Shown in pieces: positions 1 through 9,660 of a stretch of 64,000 nt of DNA. Below the pieces are notes generated by a model. It was not told the origin of the DNA. It did no database searches and worked only from the letters and a program-made list of their open reading frames with translations. Origin of the DNA: a virus; the IMG/VR virus record IMGVR_UViG_3300026538_000054, positions 32,001 through 96,000 of that record; one strand, written 5' to 3'. Position numbers and translations under genes: made by a program. How positions within the stretch are numbered: position 1 is the stretch's first letter; the number at the start of each line of letters is the position of its first letter.

Positions 1-249
1 GGCCTGCACTACGGCGGTGACCTGGGCGAGCGTTACATCGGCGGCCCTCATGGCCGATACCTCGGTATGGGCGCGGGAGCGCTGGGTGGCGGTCTGGCTG
101 GCCGCATGGCCTCTGGCCTTCTGCCAGGCGGCGATGACGACGAGGAAGACGACCCGCGAGCCAGGCGGCTCAGGAAGCGGTCCTTCGTGGAGGACCTGGC
201 TGACAGGGCGGCCGCTGCCTCGGCTGGCGTGAAGTGAGGATTGGAATTC

Positions 250-261
250 TTTTCCGGAAAA
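250..261. promoter_or_regulatory. TTTTCCGGAAAA palindrome (other copies 5809, 24959, 29101, 41417, 55740)
   Basis: Perfect 12-bp palindrome, 6 copies, 5 intergenic. Confidence 0.6.
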
Positions 262-267
262 CGCTAT

Positions 268-750
268 ATGGCCCGTGGTGCTGCTTGGTGGGACCGGTTC
301 TTCCTGGGCATGGCGCAGTACGTCTCGACGGCGTCTAAAGACCCCAGCACGAAGGCTGGCGCCGTGGTTGTGGATGACAAACGCAGGGTCGTAAGTGTCG
401 GCTACAACGGCTTCGCACGCGGCGTGGTTGACGACCCTGCACGCTACACTAATCGCGAGCTCAAGTACAAAATGATCCTGCACGCTGAGCGCAACGCGCT
501 ACTGTTTGCCGGCCGATCGCTTGAGAACTGCGTCCTCTACACCTGGCCGTTCATGACCTGCTCCGTCTGCGCGGCGATGGTCATCCAGACCGGTATCGTT
601 CGGTGTGTCGCCCCTCCCATACCTGACCATCTGCAAGCTCGCTGGGGCGAGGACATGGCCCTGGCCGCGACCATGCTCCGCGAGGCCGGCGTCAGTCTGG
701 TCGTTTATGAGGGGGAGATCAACGAGCGCAAGGACTGTTGCAGCACGTAG
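268..750 (+). CDS. dCMP deaminase (ComEB/DCD family)
   Basis: S-K-D-P-S-T-K-A-G-A, GYNG, HAERNA and P-x-x-x-C-x-x-C zinc motifs; ATG at 268 preferred over TTG at 241. Confidence 0.92.
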   Translation: MARGAAWWDRFFLGMAQYVSTASKDPSTKAGAVVVDDKRRVVSVGYNGFARGVVDDPARYTNRELKYKMILHAERNALLFAGRSLENCVLYTWPFMTCSVCAAMVIQTGIVRCVAPPIPDHLQARWGEDMALAATMLREAGVSLVVYEGEINERKDCCST

Positions 751-778
751 CCCTCTGCAGCGGGCTGAAAGCTGCGAC
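749..778 (+). repeat. Solitary CRISPR-like repeat (core), overlaps dCMP deaminase stop
   Basis: AGCCCTCTGCAGCGGGCTGAAAGCTGCGAC. Confidence 0.85.
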
Positions 779-801
779 GTCGAGGTGATGACGCCAGGAC
801 A

Positions 802-1167
802 TCACCTCCTTGGTGCTGGCGTGAGGCTGATCCGCGGCGTGCCGTAGTCGCCCTCGGCCGTCCCTCTTAGTCTGCCGTTCAGGCGGACGGACCACTTGTG
901 CTCCCAGCCATTCTCGCCGAGCTTGCTCGTCACTTTTAGGACGCCGTCCTTGAGCGACCAGCGGCCCGTATACCACGCTCCGTCGATCTCTCTGCTGCAC
1001 TCATACTTGCCGTCTGCGTGGAAGGTCACCTGGTAGTCCTGTGTGCCCCAGATGAGTACGTACTCGCCCTGCAGCCTAATAGGCTTCGTCGCGGGCACCG
1101 GTGCGCTCCATCCAGGGAACAAAGTCGAACCCGTCACGACTGTTGCCAACAAGATTGCGTTTCGCAT
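802..1167 (-). CDS. Secreted/lipocalin-like hypothetical protein
   Basis: N-terminal signal-like segment, beta-rich (VTFHADGKY...GRWSLKDGVL); flanked by two repeats. Confidence 0.6.
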   Translation of the reverse strand: MRNAILLATVVTGSTLFPGWSAPVPATKPIRLQGEYVLIWGTQDYQVTFHADGKYECSREIDGAWYTGRWSLKDGVLKVTSKLGENGWEHKWSVRLNGRLRGTAEGDYGTPRISLTPAPRR

Positions 1168-1197
1168 GGCTTCGCATTGCTCTGACAGGGAAGTGGT

Positions 1198-1234
1198 GTC
1201 GTAGCTTTTAGCCCGCTACGGAGGGCTTCGGCAC
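1198..1234 (-). repeat. Solitary CRISPR-like repeat in 5' UTR of 802..1167
   Basis: Reverse complement GTGCCGAAGCCCTCCGTAGCGGGCTAAAAGCTACGAC. Confidence 0.85.
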
Positions 1235-1280
1235 TCTCGGTATCGTAGCATGCCCGGTAGCCCTTTTTCCGGAGACCTTT

Positions 1281-2144
1281 ATGGCTGTGTTCATGGAGCT
1301 CGGCAAGCATGTTGCCGATATGGATCAGGACTGTTACGTCCGGTTGACGGCGCTTCAGAAGATCTCTGGCGACGATCGTGAGCCGCGGACGTACGCGAGG
1401 ACCGTGTCCGGCAAGGCCGCCATGAAGCGGTTGGAAGCGGAGCTGGGCCTGCGCCAGGAGGAGCTCTTCCGGATCGGCAAGGGCGGCGCCAAGTACGCCC
1501 ACCTGCGCGTTGTCGAGCTGCTCGTCAACTGGTGGGGAAAGAGCGACAAGGTCAAGCCGGGGTTCGTCTCTTACTGCAGGCAGCGAATCGCGGACCTACT
1601 GGCCGCCCGAAGCGGCGACCCTGAAGCGAAGTCCCGCGCGAGCGCCCAGACGGCGGCCTTTCAAGAGAGCCAGAAGAAGCTGCACACCTGGCACGGGATC
1701 GGCTTTCACACGGCTAGCGGTTACTTCTACGCCGACGAGATGTGCCGACCCTACGGCAGGCGGCTCGACGACTTTCTGGCTACCCAGGAGGGGCGAGCCG
1801 TTCTGGAGCAGACCTCCAAGAGGTCGAACAGGCCCGTGGCCGACCTGGTGCGGCTCGCCCCTGACGGCGTGAATCGTTTGGTCCACGGGGTGGTGGGCGT
1901 GGCGCTTGCCCACTGGCTGGACGTCGAGTTCTTCGTCTACTGCCAGGACTGGCTGATCCGGCACGGCCTCAACGTCCTGTCGCCCCGAAACGGCGCTCCG
2001 GTCTACGACGAGCTTCACGGTCGAATTGACGCCCTGGAAGAGCAGGCCTGGCAGGCGGCGCAGGAGTTTGCCAGGCTTCGTCGAGATCTGGACATTGCCG
2101 CCGCGTGTATTGAGTACTGCGACGCCAGGCTTCGGCGGTCCTGA
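1281..2144 (+). CDS. KilA-N (APSES-like) DNA-binding protein, two KilA-N-like units plus coiled coil
   Basis: DCYVRLTALQK...GGAKYAH...LVNWW and GYFYADEMC...LDDFL...VHGVVGVALAHWLDVEF patterns. Confidence 0.75.
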   Translation: MAVFMELGKHVADMDQDCYVRLTALQKISGDDREPRTYARTVSGKAAMKRLEAELGLRQEELFRIGKGGAKYAHLRVVELLVNWWGKSDKVKPGFVSYCRQRIADLLAARSGDPEAKSRASAQTAAFQESQKKLHTWHGIGFHTASGYFYADEMCRPYGRRLDDFLATQEGRAVLEQTSKRSNRPVADLVRLAPDGVNRLVHGVVGVALAHWLDVEFFVYCQDWLIRHGLNVLSPRNGAPVYDELHGRIDALEEQAWQAAQEFARLRRDLDIAAACIEYCDARLRRS

Positions 2145-2173
2145 ACGGCCCTGAGTATCTGACCTATTACCCG

Positions 2174-2224
2174 GCGGTCGGTGGTGACTGGTTGTTCCAG
2201 TCACCACCGACCGCTTTGTTTTTT
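2174..2224 (+). terminator. Intrinsic terminator
   Basis: 18-bp perfect stem GCGGTCGGTGGTGACTGG/CCAGTCACCACCGACCGC followed by a T-rich tail. Confidence 0.8.
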
Positions 2225-2235
2225 GAGGTAGTGTT

Positions 2236-3543
2236 ATGTTTCGTGTACGAAGCAGGCGGCTGGGCGTTGAGTGCTTGAGCGAGCGCGTCGTTCCCGCCGC
2301 CATGACCTGGGGCGGTGGCAGCATGCTTGACGCTTCCGTTCTGAGAACAGACAACTGGGCTGGTGGTGTGGTGCCGGGCGCGAATGACAGTGTCACGATC
2401 GGCGTGAGCGATCATCCGCCCTGGGTCCCGGCCGGCTGGCCTGTCACCTGGGGGGCGTTAAGCCTGGCGTCTAACGCCGTCATTCACGATACCGGGTTGT
2501 TAATCATTACCGGGGCTGGCGTCGCGGGCGACTATCCTAGCGTCATTTCCGGCAGCGTCGATTTCCATTACCAGGGACCGCCGAAAGGCCCTGCCCCTGG
2601 CAGGATTGAAGAGAACGGAGTGTTGGCGTTCGAGTCCAGGGGCGCGCTCTGGAACTCGGGCGGGATCGGTGACGGGACCGGACTGGGAACTGTCATTATC
2701 GATACTGGCGGGACGTTAGAGGCTCGCTCGAACGCCGTGGGCTTCAACTGGTGTGATGTCGTTGTCGGCTACAACGGCAAGCTAAACTTAACCAGCTTGA
2801 ACGCCAACCTGCTAACGACGGTTACGGATATAACGATTGAGAATAATGGGCAGCTTAACTTCACCAGCACTGACACGGGACAGGGCGCGCGAGGCGGCTT
2901 GGCGGGTGATGGGCGGGTATTCCTGACGGACGACGGCGTGATCATGAACCAGGCCAGGGTTGCTCCCGGTCAGGGGGTTGGCTGGTTGACGCTCAACGTA
3001 AAGTTGACCATTTCGGGTGGCAACTATACGGTTGACACCGAAAGCTATAGTAAGCACTCCGGTGCCGATCTGATCTTCACCCAAGACGTCTATCAGGACG
3101 GCGGTGCCATGCACCTGCACGGCCGTTGTGACGCCATCTGGTACGACGACGGCGGGATCTTCAAGTTTGAGTTGGGAGATCACCCAACTATCTGCGGCAC
3201 GCTCACGATTGACGACGGCGGCGTGTTGAGCTTCGACCAGTGCGGCAATGAGTCGAAGGTCATCGGCGACCTGATCTTCACCGAGGGCACGTACAACTTG
3301 CCCCTCGGTGACGCGGCGATGGTCCCAAAGCTCCACGTTACCGGCAGCGCGACGTTTGGGTCGAACGAGTTCGGCCCGACCGCCTGCCTGAACTGGTTCG
3401 TCCCGCCGAACCAGACCGCGCCCGCCAACGCCGTCGAGTTCTTCCTGTGCGACGGGACGGTCACGGGCACTCTGGGCGAGCTGCAAGTGCAGCGGTTCCT
3501 GACTGTCGCGGTTGTTAACGGTCAGACGCGCTTCTCGATTTGA
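2236..3543 (+). CDS. Planctomycete-type extracellular beta-helix protein
   Basis: N-terminal RRLGVECLSERVVPA resembles planctomycete LEPR-XLL motif; W-x-G-G...NW-x-GG-x-VPG-x-x-D motif; Gly/Asn/Thr-rich passenger-like repeats. Confidence 0.7.
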   Translation: MFRVRSRRLGVECLSERVVPAAMTWGGGSMLDASVLRTDNWAGGVVPGANDSVTIGVSDHPPWVPAGWPVTWGALSLASNAVIHDTGLLIITGAGVAGDYPSVISGSVDFHYQGPPKGPAPGRIEENGVLAFESRGALWNSGGIGDGTGLGTVIIDTGGTLEARSNAVGFNWCDVVVGYNGKLNLTSLNANLLTTVTDITIENNGQLNFTSTDTGQGARGGLAGDGRVFLTDDGVIMNQARVAPGQGVGWLTLNVKLTISGGNYTVDTESYSKHSGADLIFTQDVYQDGGAMHLHGRCDAIWYDDGGIFKFELGDHPTICGTLTIDDGGVLSFDQCGNESKVIGDLIFTEGTYNLPLGDAAMVPKLHVTGSATFGSNEFGPTACLNWFVPPNQTAPANAVEFFLCDGTVTGTLGELQVQRFLTVAVVNGQTRFSI

Positions 3544-3635
3544 CATATTCGGACCGCCACGAAAGCAACCATGTTTCTCAGCAATTCTCAGCAACAAGGC
3601 CGCTGAGAAGGCCTTCATCTCTGATGGTAGCAACC

Positions 3636-3857
3636 ATGTCAGACTTTGATGTCTTGTATTGCTCGAGCGTCGTCTTCTGCTCCGCCCTGGTTGCCGCGAT
3701 TGTCATCGGCCCCTGGGAACCAGTTCTTCGCTTTTTCGGGCTTCGTCGATCGGCGTGGGCCCTCGGCAAGGTCCGAGGGCTTTGCTGGGCCGCGGCCGCT
3801 CTGGCCGCGGTGTTCTTTCTCGTCTGGCTCGTGCGGCTAATCTTTTTCGGGAGTTAA
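3636..3857 (+). CDS. Small membrane protein
   Basis: Two hydrophobic segments. Confidence 0.5.
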   Translation: MSDFDVLYCSSVVFCSALVAAIVIGPWEPVLRFFGLRRSAWALGKVRGLCWAAAALAAVFFLVWLVRLIFFGS

Positions 3858-3862
3858 CGGTC

Positions 3863-4345
3863 ATGTCAACCAAGGCCAGTCAAGAAGTCGTCATCATCGA
3901 GGCTGAGATCGCCGTCTCCAGGGCGAAGGGGAGGTGCCCCTGGCCCAGCCAGTCCTTCCCGAACGGCTTTGAGTTCTTCTTTGAGCGGCTCCAGATCAAG
4001 CGCATCGAGAAGTGCGCGTACCCCGCGGACCAGGGCCTCGCGGTGCTCAGTCCCTGCGAGGACGACGACTGCGTCACCATCCTGGTCGACGAACCGGCCC
4101 GCCTGGGCGGCGTGCTCCGGCGCTACTACGACCAGGAACGTGCCGAGCTGCGTGTTCCCGGTCGTCTCTGCACTATCTGGCTGGGGGTGAGTCAGTTCAA
4201 GCTCATGGACCTGCTCCAGTCGCAGGCCCCCGAGGCCATCACGGAGGCCCTTGCCCTGGCCGTCCTCGCCCGCAACTACACCACCATCACCGCGCAGGTC
4301 CAGGGTGGGAAGTACACGGAACGGAGAGCGCAGGCCCCGGCGTGA
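3863..4345 (+). CDS. Hypothetical protein
   Basis: ATG after GGAG, GC3-rich codons. Confidence 0.6.
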   Translation: MSTKASQEVVIIEAEIAVSRAKGRCPWPSQSFPNGFEFFFERLQIKRIEKCAYPADQGLAVLSPCEDDDCVTILVDEPARLGGVLRRYYDQERAELRVPGRLCTIWLGVSQFKLMDLLQSQAPEAITEALALAVLARNYTTITAQVQGGKYTERRAQAPA

Positions 4346-4385
4346 CCAAGTGCTGTTTCCTTGCTCTTGTGCGGAGGCACTGATC

Positions 4386-4856
4386 TTGAAAGCCGCATCG
4401 ACGGTGTCGCCGGAGTATCGAGAACTGGCCCTGGCAGCACTTGAGCGGGCGGCCGGGCCATTGACCTGGCTGGCGCTGGCGCAACTGGCGTGCGTCGCCG
4501 ACGTCTCGAGCGCCTATCTCGAGTTCGCGGCGGCCCTGAGGGAGTTGGCGGCCTCCGGCCAGGCCCTGAGACAAGGAGGCCCGGCGGGTGATCTTTTCAG
4601 ACGGGTTGATCAACCAACTCAGCTCGGCGACAAAAGACCCGGTCGGCTGGCCCGTGCCCTCACGAACCTGCGAATCAAGCATGGGCTTTCTCAGGAGCAG
4701 GCGGCCTTGCAGCTTGGCTGGCCGCCCACGCGGGTCGTCAGGCTTGAAAATTCGCCCGACGACGAACAGAAGTTGGGTGAGCTCAAGACCTACGCTCGCG
4801 CGCTAGGTAGAGACTTGTTCGTTGCCTTCGCCGTTGCTGTGGGCGAGGCGGACTAG
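4386..4856 (+). CDS. XRE-family HTH protein
   Basis: LRIKHGLSQEQAALQLGWPPTRVVRLEN; start uncertain. Confidence 0.75.
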   Translation: MKAASTVSPEYRELALAALERAAGPLTWLALAQLACVADVSSAYLEFAAALRELAASGQALRQGGPAGDLFRRVDQPTQLGDKRPGRLARALTNLRIKHGLSQEQAALQLGWPPTRVVRLENSPDDEQKLGELKTYARALGRDLFVAFAVAVGEAD

Positions 4857-4870
4857 CTCGTGTAATGCTG

Positions 4871-4898
4871 GCCCTCTGCAGCGGGCTGAATGCTGCAA
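4871..4898 (+). repeat. Solitary CRISPR-like repeat (core)
   Basis: GCCCTCTGCAGCGGGCTGAATGCTGCAA. Confidence 0.8.
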
Positions 4899-4933
4899 AA
4901 ATGCTGCAAAAAGAAATGGGCCGAGCGCCAAGC

Positions 4934-4986
4934 AGAGACAAGGCCGGTGGCAATTGCCACCGGCCTTGTCTCTTTCTCTTAGCTAT
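4934..4986 (+). terminator. 40-bp perfect palindrome with TTCTCTTAGCTAT tail
   Basis: AGAGACAAGGCCGGTGGCAA|TTGCCACCGGCCTTGTCTCT. Confidence 0.7.
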
Positions 4987-5030
4987 CGAGCCGCGTGCGC
5001 CTTTCCCATGCGGGTGTTATGCTGTAGGCC

Positions 5031-5181
5031 GTACCAGAGCCATACGCAGCGGGCTAAAAGCTGCGAAGGATGGCGACCTGTGTCAAAGCCCTGCGCAGCG
5101 GGCTGAATGCTGCGAGAGGATGTCCCACTCCCTGGCCACGGTGGGTGACAAAGCCCTTTGCAGCGGGCTTAAAGCTGCGAC
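5031..5181 (+). CRISPR. Mini-array, 3 degenerate repeats (5031, 5080, 5145), spacers 12 and 28 bp
   Basis: Three 37-bp copies of the repeat. Confidence 0.75.
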
Positions 5182-5223
5182 GCAGCGGGGTAAGTGCTGT
5201 AACAGCCGAAGGATGAGCGAACC

Positions 5224-5724
5224 ATGTCCGAACACGAGTTGCTGCGCTCCATCAATCAACGCCTCGCACACATAGGCCGCTCGACGGACGCTATCGCCTC
5301 GGCTGTCTTCCTTATCGTGCGAAAGTTGCTCGATGAGGAGCAAGGTGGCCTGTCGCCCGAAGACGCCGCCAAAGTGCTCGCCCGACTGACGGCCCACGAC
5401 CAAGCTCTCGAGGACATCGTCGCCGAGCAAACCGACGAGAGCTCTTCCACGCTCGGCAAACACCACTCAGTAGCGAGAACCGCGATGGCTATTCCGCAAG
5501 CCTTGCAGGACATCTTGGCCAAGATTGACGCCGACACCAGCGCCCTGGCCGCGGTGGTCCTGGACCTGCGCAACAAGATCAGCACGGGCATGTCCCAGGA
5601 GGACGTGGTCGCCGTACAGACCACCCTGGGTCAGATCGCCGACCGTCTCGAGCAGACGGCTCACGACCCCAACGCGCCGGTGCCGCCCGGCCCTCAACCG
5701 GTCTTCGCCGGCCGCAAGCCGTAA
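5224..5724 (+). CDS. Coiled-coil hypothetical protein (possible internal start at 5485)
   Basis: ORF track, helical composition. Confidence 0.55.
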   Translation: MSEHELLRSINQRLAHIGRSTDAIASAVFLIVRKLLDEEQGGLSPEDAAKVLARLTAHDQALEDIVAEQTDESSSTLGKHHSVARTAMAIPQALQDILAKIDADTSALAAVVLDLRNKISTGMSQEDVVAVQTTLGQIADRLEQTAHDPNAPVPPGPQPVFAGRKP

Positions 5725-5911
5725 GGCGGCCAAGAGATCACGTTGTTCGGTAGGTGGTCGGAACGAGCCGAGTGCCCCTCACGGGGAGTCGGCTCGTTTC
5801 GTTTTCCCTTTTCCGGAAAACGTTTTGTCGCGTGCGTGTTAACCTGGCGACAGGCCTACTCGGCGGCCTAATAGCCGAGAAGTAGCCTAGAACGGAAAAA
5901 GAAACGAGCTA

Positions 5912-5965
5912 ATAGCTAAAAGAAAAACGTACCAGGCCACCCGTATACGGGTGGCCTGGTACGTT
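5912..5965 (-). terminator. 40-bp perfect palindrome with TTTTCTTTTAGCTAT tail ending the minus-strand operon
   Basis: AACGTACCAGGCCACCCGTA|TACGGGTGGCCTGGTACGTT (5926-5965). Confidence 0.75.
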
Positions 5966-6478
5966 ACTCGTTGACGTTCGTCAACGAGTGGCCAGGTCAC
6001 GAATAGCCGCGACCAGAACGGTCGCGAAAAACACCATCGCCATGAAGGCGATGGTCATACCTCTTGTCCAGCTCATTTTTTTTTTACTCATTACCCGAAC
6101 ACGCAGACGGCGCTCGGGGTCCTTTCCATCCGAACCTGCTGCTCGCGGATGCGGTAGGTGAACCGCTCCACCCCAAAGACGACGCAATCGTCAGTTTGCG
6201 TCGTCGACCTGCCGCCGGCACAGGCGAGGACGCTCGCCAGCGCATCTTCTCGGCTGGCAAAGACGGCGAGGCCTCCCCCGCCGTTCCAGCTCACCACCCA
6301 GACAGATCTCATCGCAGCTCCTCGACCATCTCCCCGTCGCCCCACCATCCCCGGTCGTTGGGGTGGTCGCTCAGGTACGCTTGGGCCTCCGCGCGGGTGC
6401 GGAAGGCGACACCGAGGTGCTGCGATCCGGCGTGCCCGCCGTCGGTGGAACAGTGGGTGTGGACAGGCACGTAAACTA

Positions 6479-6931
6479 TCATTGACTATCCTCCTCCTTC
6501 CGCACGGTGTAGCGCGCGAGCCGCGGGAGCGCGGCTCGCATGTCTTCCAGGCCGTACTCCTGGCCTCGCGGCGGCGCGCCGCTGAACTCGACGGCCGTTA
6601 CGCTGGCGGCCTCTGCGGCCAGGTTCAGCGGGACGTTCCCGGAGGACGTGCTTGCCGCGCACGTCCTCCGGGCGGGCGTCCCCGGTGATCAACTGGATGT
6701 GCCAGTCCTCCGGCGCCGACGGCAGCAGGCCGTCGGCGTACGAGGAGGACTGGTCCCGGGGGTCCAGCGGGTCCTCCTCGTACGCGAGGACCACTTTGTC
6801 CGCCTCGACACGAGCGAGGCGACGAATATCGGGGCGTCGTGTTCCGGCTCGCACGGCAGGGCAACATAGGCGAGCTTCTTCTCGGCCGCCAGCTTCTCGG
6901 CCGCGAAGAAGATCGGATCGGTTTTCTTCAT
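6479..6931 (-). pseudogene. Frameshifted Csx16-like (CARF-related, ring nuclease-like) gene
   Basis: Joining frames gives ...ITGDARPEDVRGKHVL/GNVPLNLAAEAASVTAVEF...RGQEYGLEDMRAALPRLARYTV, matching the Csx16 pattern G-x-L-P-x-x-L-A-A...RG-x-E-L; extra base near 6641. Confidence 0.6.
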
Positions 6932-6970
6932 CTCTCTCGCTCCTTGCCCCTTGGGGCGGGCTTTCGCATC

Positions 6971-7441
6971 TCACTCCACGTCCGGCCCCTCGGACCGAAC
7001 ACCATCGTCGGCGCAGATCACCAGCCGGCAAATAAAGGCCTGCAGCGGCCAGTCGCCCGCATACTTCAGGTCACCCGCCCGTGGTGGTAAGAGTTCTCGC
7101 CCCAGCCATTCATGCGCCTCGGCGGCCATCTCCCGCCACGACTCCGCTCGTCCACAGAGCCAGGCGACCAGGTGGCCCATGACCGCCGCGTCCACCCCTG
7201 GCCCATTCGCCTTGTGGTTGGCGAGGTCGAAGAGAAGGCCTGCGCCCCGTCTTCTTTCCTCCGCGCCAGCCAGCCGCCCAGCCTCCTTGTCCCTGGCGAA
7301 GGCCTCTGCCGCAGCCCGGCCAGCGCGCCGGTGCGAGGACGGATCGGCGCGCTTCTCCCGTATGAACGCCTCGCCGGCGAGGACGTGAGCGACCACGCGA
7401 AAGGCCACGGCGCGAGGGACCAGGTGCGGCGGGTCAATCAT
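6971..7441 (-). CDS. Hypothetical protein
   Basis: Part of the minus-strand small-gene operon. Confidence 0.5.
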   Translation of the reverse strand: MIDPPHLVPRAVAFRVVAHVLAGEAFIREKRADPSSHRRAGRAAAEAFARDKEAGRLAGAEERRRGAGLLFDLANHKANGPGVDAAVMGHLVAWLCGRAESWREMAAEAHEWLGRELLPPRAGDLKYAGDWPLQAFICRLVICADDGVRSEGPDVE

Positions 7442-7583
7442 GATTTTTCTCTTGGCGCCGGGCGCTGTCCCGGCTAACATCTCATTAGTCGAGGCCGAAT
7501 TGAAGCGAGGCCTTCAGCAGTCTCGGAAAACCCCTCCTCGACTTTTCCCGCTCCGGCAATCTCTTGCCGGAGCGGCCCCGTTT

Positions 7584-8981
7584 CTACTCCTCGTAGCCGC
7601 ACCCGCGGGGCAGCCGCCCGACTTGCGATAGTGGTAAGCGCCAGCAACGGTTCTTGGCGTCCCATCGCGCTCCGTTGATGGCCTTGATGGCCTCTCTGAC
7701 CGGGTAGGTGTTGCCGGTCACGGTGACCATCGGGTCGGCCTTCCGCGCCGCCGCCTTGGTCTTGCGGCTAACCGCTTTCTGTTCGGCCTCTGCCTTCTCC
7801 TTCTTCGCCGACTCCAAAGCGCCGGCCAGCTCGGCCGCGATGTCCGTGCGGTGGCTGTACTGCTCCCACCCCCGCTTTTGTTCGGCGGCGAGCTCGTTGG
7901 CCGCCTCTTGCCCGATCGCCTCGATGGCCGTAGGCAGCCAATCGGCCAGGGCGGTCTCGTAAGCGGCATTCCTCTCAGCCGTGATACGTCGGGCGACCGC
8001 CGCCAGTACCTCGTGGTAACTATCCAGGGTCGCGGCGTCACCAGACTCGACGTAGGCCGTTGACGCGGTCTTGGCGGCCTCGTCGCAGCCCGCCATCCTG
8101 ACGGCGGCCTCCGTGCAGCCCTCCGTCACGAGCGCGGCCCTGTCAGCCTGGTACGCCTCGACGGTCTCCTGTTCGCGCGCCCGACGGACGGCGATGGCGG
8201 CCTGAGCAGCCTCGATGACCGGCAGCAGGGAGACCGGGACGTAGTAGTGGTCCTGGTGGTCGTCGTAACTGCGGTGAGACAGGTGACCGACCACGCCACC
8301 GTCCGGCAGATCAGCGATGTAGCGCACGTTGCCGGAGCGGAACTTCGCGTCCCGCTCGTCGCTTAGCACTCGCCAGGCGCTGGCGGGTATCAGGCCCTCG
8401 GGGAGGGAGTAGATGTGATGCTGCGCTGAGACGGCGCTCCACGTCGCCTCGATCGCCTTCTTCTTGGCGGCGGCCTCATCCTCGGCCGACCGCTTCGCCG
8501 TCTCATCGGTCTCCCGTTCTTTCCGCTCCTTGTCCGTCTCCTCGACGGGAACGGCGACCCAGCGGCTGTACTTGCCTGGCCCATCCGGGTATTCGGCCCA
8601 GGCGTCCATGTCCTCGATGGCGTCGCTGCTCACGTAGCGCAGCGCGGATGACTCGCTGACCACGAACATGCCGCCCCACTTCTTGGAGCGGAAGATCTCG
8701 CCCAGCTTTCGCCGCTCGTCACGTCGGTTGCCCTGGATACCGTCGCCCGGCCGCGGGATGCGCTTGTGCTTGCGGGCGGGGGCATCATGCTCCGCCCGAA
8801 CGACGTGCCCCGTCTCGGGGACGACCACGACGGCCTGATCGGTCTTTCGCAGGATGCGACTCTCGACGGCACGCCCGGCGTCGGCCAGGGCGTCGGCGGC
8901 GACCAGACGACTGACGGGGTCGCTCAAGTCGAAGGTCATGGTCCCGACGGTGAGAGTCAAGGAGATGGTCTCTATGGACAT
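7584..8981 (-). CDS. Hypothetical protein, N-terminal TIGR02996-like segment, C-terminal DUF5710-like motif
   Basis: DPVSRLVAADALADAG; GNTYPVREAIKAINGARWDAKNRCW; ATG 8981 with AAGGA RBS. Confidence 0.6.
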   Translation of the reverse strand: MSIETISLTLTVGTMTFDLSDPVSRLVAADALADAGRAVESRILRKTDQAVVVVPETGHVVRAEHDAPARKHKRIPRPGDGIQGNRRDERRKLGEIFRSKKWGGMFVVSESSALRYVSSDAIEDMDAWAEYPDGPGKYSRWVAVPVEETDKERKERETDETAKRSAEDEAAAKKKAIEATWSAVSAQHHIYSLPEGLIPASAWRVLSDERDAKFRSGNVRYIADLPDGGVVGHLSHRSYDDHQDHYYVPVSLLPVIEAAQAAIAVRRAREQETVEAYQADRAALVTEGCTEAAVRMAGCDEAAKTASTAYVESGDAATLDSYHEVLAAVARRITAERNAAYETALADWLPTAIEAIGQEAANELAAEQKRGWEQYSHRTDIAAELAGALESAKKEKAEAEQKAVSRKTKAAARKADPMVTVTGNTYPVREAIKAINGARWDAKNRCWRLPLSQVGRLPRGCGYEE

Positions 8982-9228
8982 TGATATTTCCTTTCTTGCC
9001 GGGGAGAACAGGCCCCGGCGGCAGGGTGGCAAAAGACTCAAAGCAGAAACTCGTTGAAAAGGGAACTGGACGCCAGTTTGGTCCTGGTCGCCGGGACCGT
9101 CGCTCTGTGACCGGGATAGGCCCCGCGGCGACGCTCCACCAGCAAGTCCTCTCCGGCACGTACCGCGGCGGCCTCTGCAACCTGCCCCGCATCCTCCAGG
9201 TGATCGGCCAGGGCGATTCGGGCGAGGG

Positions 9229-9648
9229 TTAGGCGTATCGCGCCCGGAGGGCCGTGCAGGCCGCGTAAGTCGCCTCGAAGTCATCGCGCTGCATGGCTGC
9301 GACCACCTCGTCATCCGTGGCCATGCCAACGAAACCGCGGTCGCTCCAGTTCGCCGTAAATCGTCGCATGCGTACGCGGCACGCCTCGGGGCAGTCAAGC
9401 GGACCGATGACGCGCTTCACGGCCGAGGCCGGCACTCTCACGCCCTCGAACAGCGCAACGCTCGGCTGAGCGAAAATCTCGCGCTTCCACTTCTCGATCA
9501 ACCTCGAGGTGCGCTTGCCGCCGTCGTCGTAGTAATAGGTCACTTTTCGGCCGGGCTCGACGACCGGCGCGCCGTCGCTGGCAGCCTGGACCGTTCCGTA
9601 GCCGTCGCCGTAGCCTTGATGCAACTCCACCATCAACAGCGTGGTCAT
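9229..9648 (-). CDS. Hypothetical protein
   Basis: GGAGG RBS, operon context. Confidence 0.6.
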   Translation of the reverse strand: MTTLLMVELHQGYGDGYGTVQAASDGAPVVEPGRKVTYYYDDGGKRTSRLIEKWKREIFAQPSVALFEGVRVPASAVKRVIGPLDCPEACRVRMRRFTANWSDRGFVGMATDDEVVAAMQRDDFEATYAACTALRARYA

Positions 9649-9660
9649 GGTCGCCTCCTG

